DNA from: Diplonema japonicum
Taxonomy: Eukaryota; Protista; Euglenozoa: Diplonemea
Assembly (NCBI GenBank): GCA_964019335.1
Contig: OZ025694.1
Coordinates: forward strand, 62,001 to 126,000
Reading direction: 5' to 3'
DNA: 64,000 nucleotides
Position 1 is the first letter of the stretch. Each line of letters begins with the position of its first letter. Shown here piece after piece: positions 62,156 through 64,000 of this stretch. A model generated the notes under the pieces. It did not search any database. It was not told the origin of the DNA and worked only from the letters and a program-made list of their open reading frames with translations. Made by a program: the position numbers and the translations under genes.

Positions 62156-64000
62156 ATGAGTGCTTTTTCATGGTTTGATGTGAAACATAGCAGTGATGTG
62201 AGTGAAAGTAATTTCAACGGGGACGTGGACTGGGATGCACTCTTGGAAGCTGCATTAGAAGAGCAAGACGTTGTCTTGGATGAGCACCAGGTATGCAGCA
62301 ACACAACACAACACAACACAACACAACACAACACAACACAACACAACACAACACAACACAACACAACACAACACAACACAACACAACACAACACAACACA
62401 ACACAACACAACACAACACAACACAACACAACACAACACAACACAACACAACACAACACAACACAGGACGACGAGGACCTTGAAATGGAGCTTGAGGCTG
62501 CTCTGGAGGAGCAGGAGCAAGAGTGGGAGGAGGACGACGAGGACGACGAAGAAGACGAGCAGGCGGAGCCCGATGAGGACGACCGGGAGGACGAGGTGGA
62601 CGAGGACGACGAGGAGCCGGAGCAGCCGCCCGAGCCATGGATGCTTCCCCTCCCGGAGGTGACGAACAACATCTACCTGAAGTCGTACTTCCCTGTGCTG
62701 AAGTGGAACCCGCAAAAGTCTTTCGGGCCGTCTGACCGTCGGGTGTGGGTGGTGGACCACTTCGCGAAGTCGTTCTACTGCCTGGACGCGAAGGGGAAGA
62801 TGAAGAAGCAGCACGACGCGAACAAGCTGCTGCAGCTGGAGCGGAACGTGATGGACCCGCGTCGGGCGAGGCTGATGTTCTTCGACGCACCGAAGTCGTA
62901 CGAGATTGTGTTCCCGAGCAACGAGGAGAGGGAGCGGTTCTACGAGACAGGGTCGTCGATCCGTCCGGCGATCCGGGTGTACGCGCCGAGCCTGACGAAG
63001 CCGGACACGGCGCACGACGGGGGGTCGACGACGACGACGATCGACGGGATCAAGGAGAACGCGGTGACGCAGAAGGTCCCGAACCCGTTCAAGAAGACGG
63101 GGGAGCTGGTGGACAGGGAGCTGAGCGGGAGGTGCAAGATCAACTCGAGCAAGGTGCAGGATGAGCCCGTGTCGGTGTGGACGGGGACCTTCAACATGTG
63201 TGGGGCGCCGCCCCCTCGGGACCCGTCGACCTTGGAGAAGTGGATGCCGCGCGGGAAGTACGACCTGTACGCGGTGGGGGCACAAGAGTGCTCCTACCAG
63301 AAGGACGAGGGGGAGTGGTTCTCGTACGTGCAGGAGTACCTCGGGAAGGACTACCTCACCCTGGCGAGCATGCAGGTGTGGGACATCACGGTGATCGTGC
63401 TCTGCAGGAAGAAGTGCCTGTTGAAGGTGACGAACGTGGAGGGGTCGACGAAGGCGACCCTGCACAAGGAGAAGTGCGGGATGAAGGGGGCCGCCGGGAT
63501 CTGCCTGAAGTTCCACAACACGTCGATGGCGTTCGTGTCGTGCCACCTCGCGGCGAGGCTGGAGAGGAACAAGATGAGGCGCATCAACGTGGAGGAGATC
63601 GTGAACCAGATCCAGCTCGCGAACAAGGATGTGGACCTCTCGTCTCAGTTCCACCACGTCTTCTGGATGGGGGACATGAACTACAGGGTGGAGATGGAGC
63701 ACGCGGAGGCGGAGCCCCTGATCAAGGGGAACCAGTTCAACGAGCTGTTGAACCAGGACCAGCTGACGACGGAGATGCGGGAGAACGACCTCCTGAGGGG
63801 GTTCAAGGAGGCTCCCATCACCTTCGCCCCGACCTACCGGTTCAAGACGGGGTCCAAGGACTACATGAGGGACAGGGGACGTGCCCCGAGCTACACGGAC
63901 CGCATCCTCGTGAAGTCCATGAGGAACACGAACATCAAGTGCACCGGCTACAACTCGGCGGAGGGTGTCCACACGAGCGAGCACGTCCCGGTGTCGGCGA
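62156..64000 (+). CDS. Inositol polyphosphate 5-phosphatase with acidic N-terminus and PH-like domain, 3'-partial; intron 62291-62466
   Basis: Not in the ORF track because it is open to the window end. Frame after the intron gives GTFNM, DLYAVGAQE, KGAAGI, FVSCHLAA, VFWMGDMNYR, FAPTYRF and PSYTDRIL (both 5-phosphatase signatures). Confidence 0.93.
62299..62465 (+). repeat. (CAACA)n pentanucleotide microsatellite filling an intron
   Basis: About 33 perfect units between the GTATG donor and the CAG acceptor. Confidence 0.97.

Noticed and set aside
62085-62159. Upstream ORF MDEILFKLTG... as a programmed frameshift into the 5-phosphatase
   Set aside because: The frame offset falls in an A8 run. 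A homopolymer sequencing error or an unrelated uORF is as likely, and it cannot be resolved without reads.
62116-63984. 622-aa minus-strand ORF
   Set aside because: Antisense shadow of the GC3-rich inositol 5-phosphatase plus the microsatellite (VVLCC repeats). The + frame has the real motifs.

Overview
Eukaryotic genomic DNA from a protist, with intergenic regions full of long A/T/G/C homopolymers. A euglenozoan (probably diplonemid-like) origin is an inference from the gene content and layout. About 16 protein-coding genes, all on the + strand: TM9SF (5'-partial), PP2C phosphatase, DUSP11-like RNA triphosphatase with a cold-shock-like domain, two receptor pseudo-cyclases, an intronless membrane-tailed CDC48 N-domain copy next to a full 6-intron CDC48, gamma-carbonic anhydrase, a CEP78-like LRR protein, VAT-1, synapsin, a C-type lectin membrane protein, an HRI1-like hypothetical protein, two sulfotransferases, UBE2O and an inositol 5-phosphatase (3'-partial). 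I reconstructed 15 GT-AG introns (33-209 nt) by hand; most have A- or AC-rich rather than pyrimidine-rich 3' ends. Intergenic space holds three classes of mobile DNA. (i) Fragments of a non-LTR retrotransposon family. (ii) A ~320-bp SINE-like element (6 near-complete copies plus 1 partial) with a conserved 76-77 aa ORF and three interchangeable 3' tails, two of which match the ends of the LINE fragments; all of these retroposed pieces lie in the gene-sense orientation. (iii) Crypton-like (tyrosine recombinase) non-autonomous elements, one family with an internally flipped cassette, plus several MITEs. Family assignments come from motif recognition by eye, not database searches. Coordinates of degenerate repeats are approximate.
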